Of a stretch of 35,433 nt of DNA, positions 35,294-35,433 are shown one piece after another. Source of the DNA: an uncultured Bacilli bacterium (GTDB lineage: Bacteria; Bacillota_I; Bacilli_A; RF39; UBA660); the NCBI GenBank assembly GCA_947623705.1, contig CANQHT010000002.1, positions 1 through 35,433 on the forward strand, in the 5' to 3' direction. Numbering within the stretch: the stretch's first letter is position 1; every line of letters begins with the position of its first letter. A program made the translations under genes and the position numbers. The notes beneath the pieces are model-generated. The model saw only the letters and a list, made by a program, of their open reading frames with translations. It did no database searches and was not told the origin of the DNA.

Positions 35294-35433
35294 AATTTAA
35301 AATAAATTACTATGACTACCAGTATCCATTAAAAGAATGATTAACTCATTATCTTGTATAATAGGAAAGTCATACAACAAAAATATTGCTAAAAATAAGC
35401 GAACAAATGTCGAAGAAGAAAGAACAAGCAAGC

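Noticed and set aside
35321-35335. CAGTATCCA near the window end matches 9 nt of the element's attP arm.
   Set aside because: A single 9-mer match in 35 kb on two strands is within chance expectation. There is no ACACGG core or inverted partner nearby.
35407-35433. A possible gene start (ATG TCG AAG AAG AAA GAA..) at the right edge.
   Set aside because: Only 9 codons are visible and there is no clear RBS, so it cannot be evaluated.

Overview
This is a strongly AT-rich chromosomal segment from a low-GC Gram-positive bacterium (Bacillota-like). It uses the standard genetic code: TGA acts as the stop in three ATGA stop/start overlaps. The backbone is ordinary housekeeping. In order: a 5'-truncated surface protein; a coupled rplI-dnaB-LysM/M23 peptidase-YycJ-like MBL hydrolase-rlmH block; an unknown 423-aa protein; ung; lemA; a MurJ/SpoVB-type flippase; and two small membrane proteins. 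After the insertion come a zinc-PLC-like protein, a membrane protein, an Abi_2(HEPN)-htrA-RDD operon, argS, a FemAB transferase, a DUF308 membrane protein, a second member of the surface-protein family, eno and pyruvate:ferredoxin oxidoreductase. The stand-out lies at 11.2-20.4 kb. A CwlD-type (spore-cortex/germination) N-acetylmuramoyl-L-alanine amidase gene is cut inside its D-x-G-H-G motif by a 9,186-bp element. The element is bounded by a 6-bp ACACGG repeat and carries a large serine recombinase at its right edge. Joining the two element ends gives a near-palindromic attP. Deleting the element rejoins cwlD in frame (214 aa). The element has an XRE repressor with a repeated AAATACCAT operator motif, a HelP(DUF961)-like gene, an FtsK-like coupling protein, a GC-rich candidate oriT and an HUH Rep-type relaxase. 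It has no type IV secretion genes and no phage genes, so it looks like an integrative mobilizable element (IME). Its position and recombinase type resemble the sporulation intervening elements skin and SPbeta, but whether excision is developmentally regulated is untested. Its left arm carries cargo of unknown function: two paralogous ~145-aa proteins, an RHH regulator, and a promoter/structured RNA/terminator unit ahead of a lipoprotein gene. Other points of interest are a helically phased GC-core/T-tract array upstream of argS, a G7 tract in the promoter spacer of a surface-protein gene, and an Abi_2 gene translationally coupled to htrA. No rRNA, tRNA or CRISPR array was seen. Coordinates of hand-located motifs may be off by 1-2 nt.
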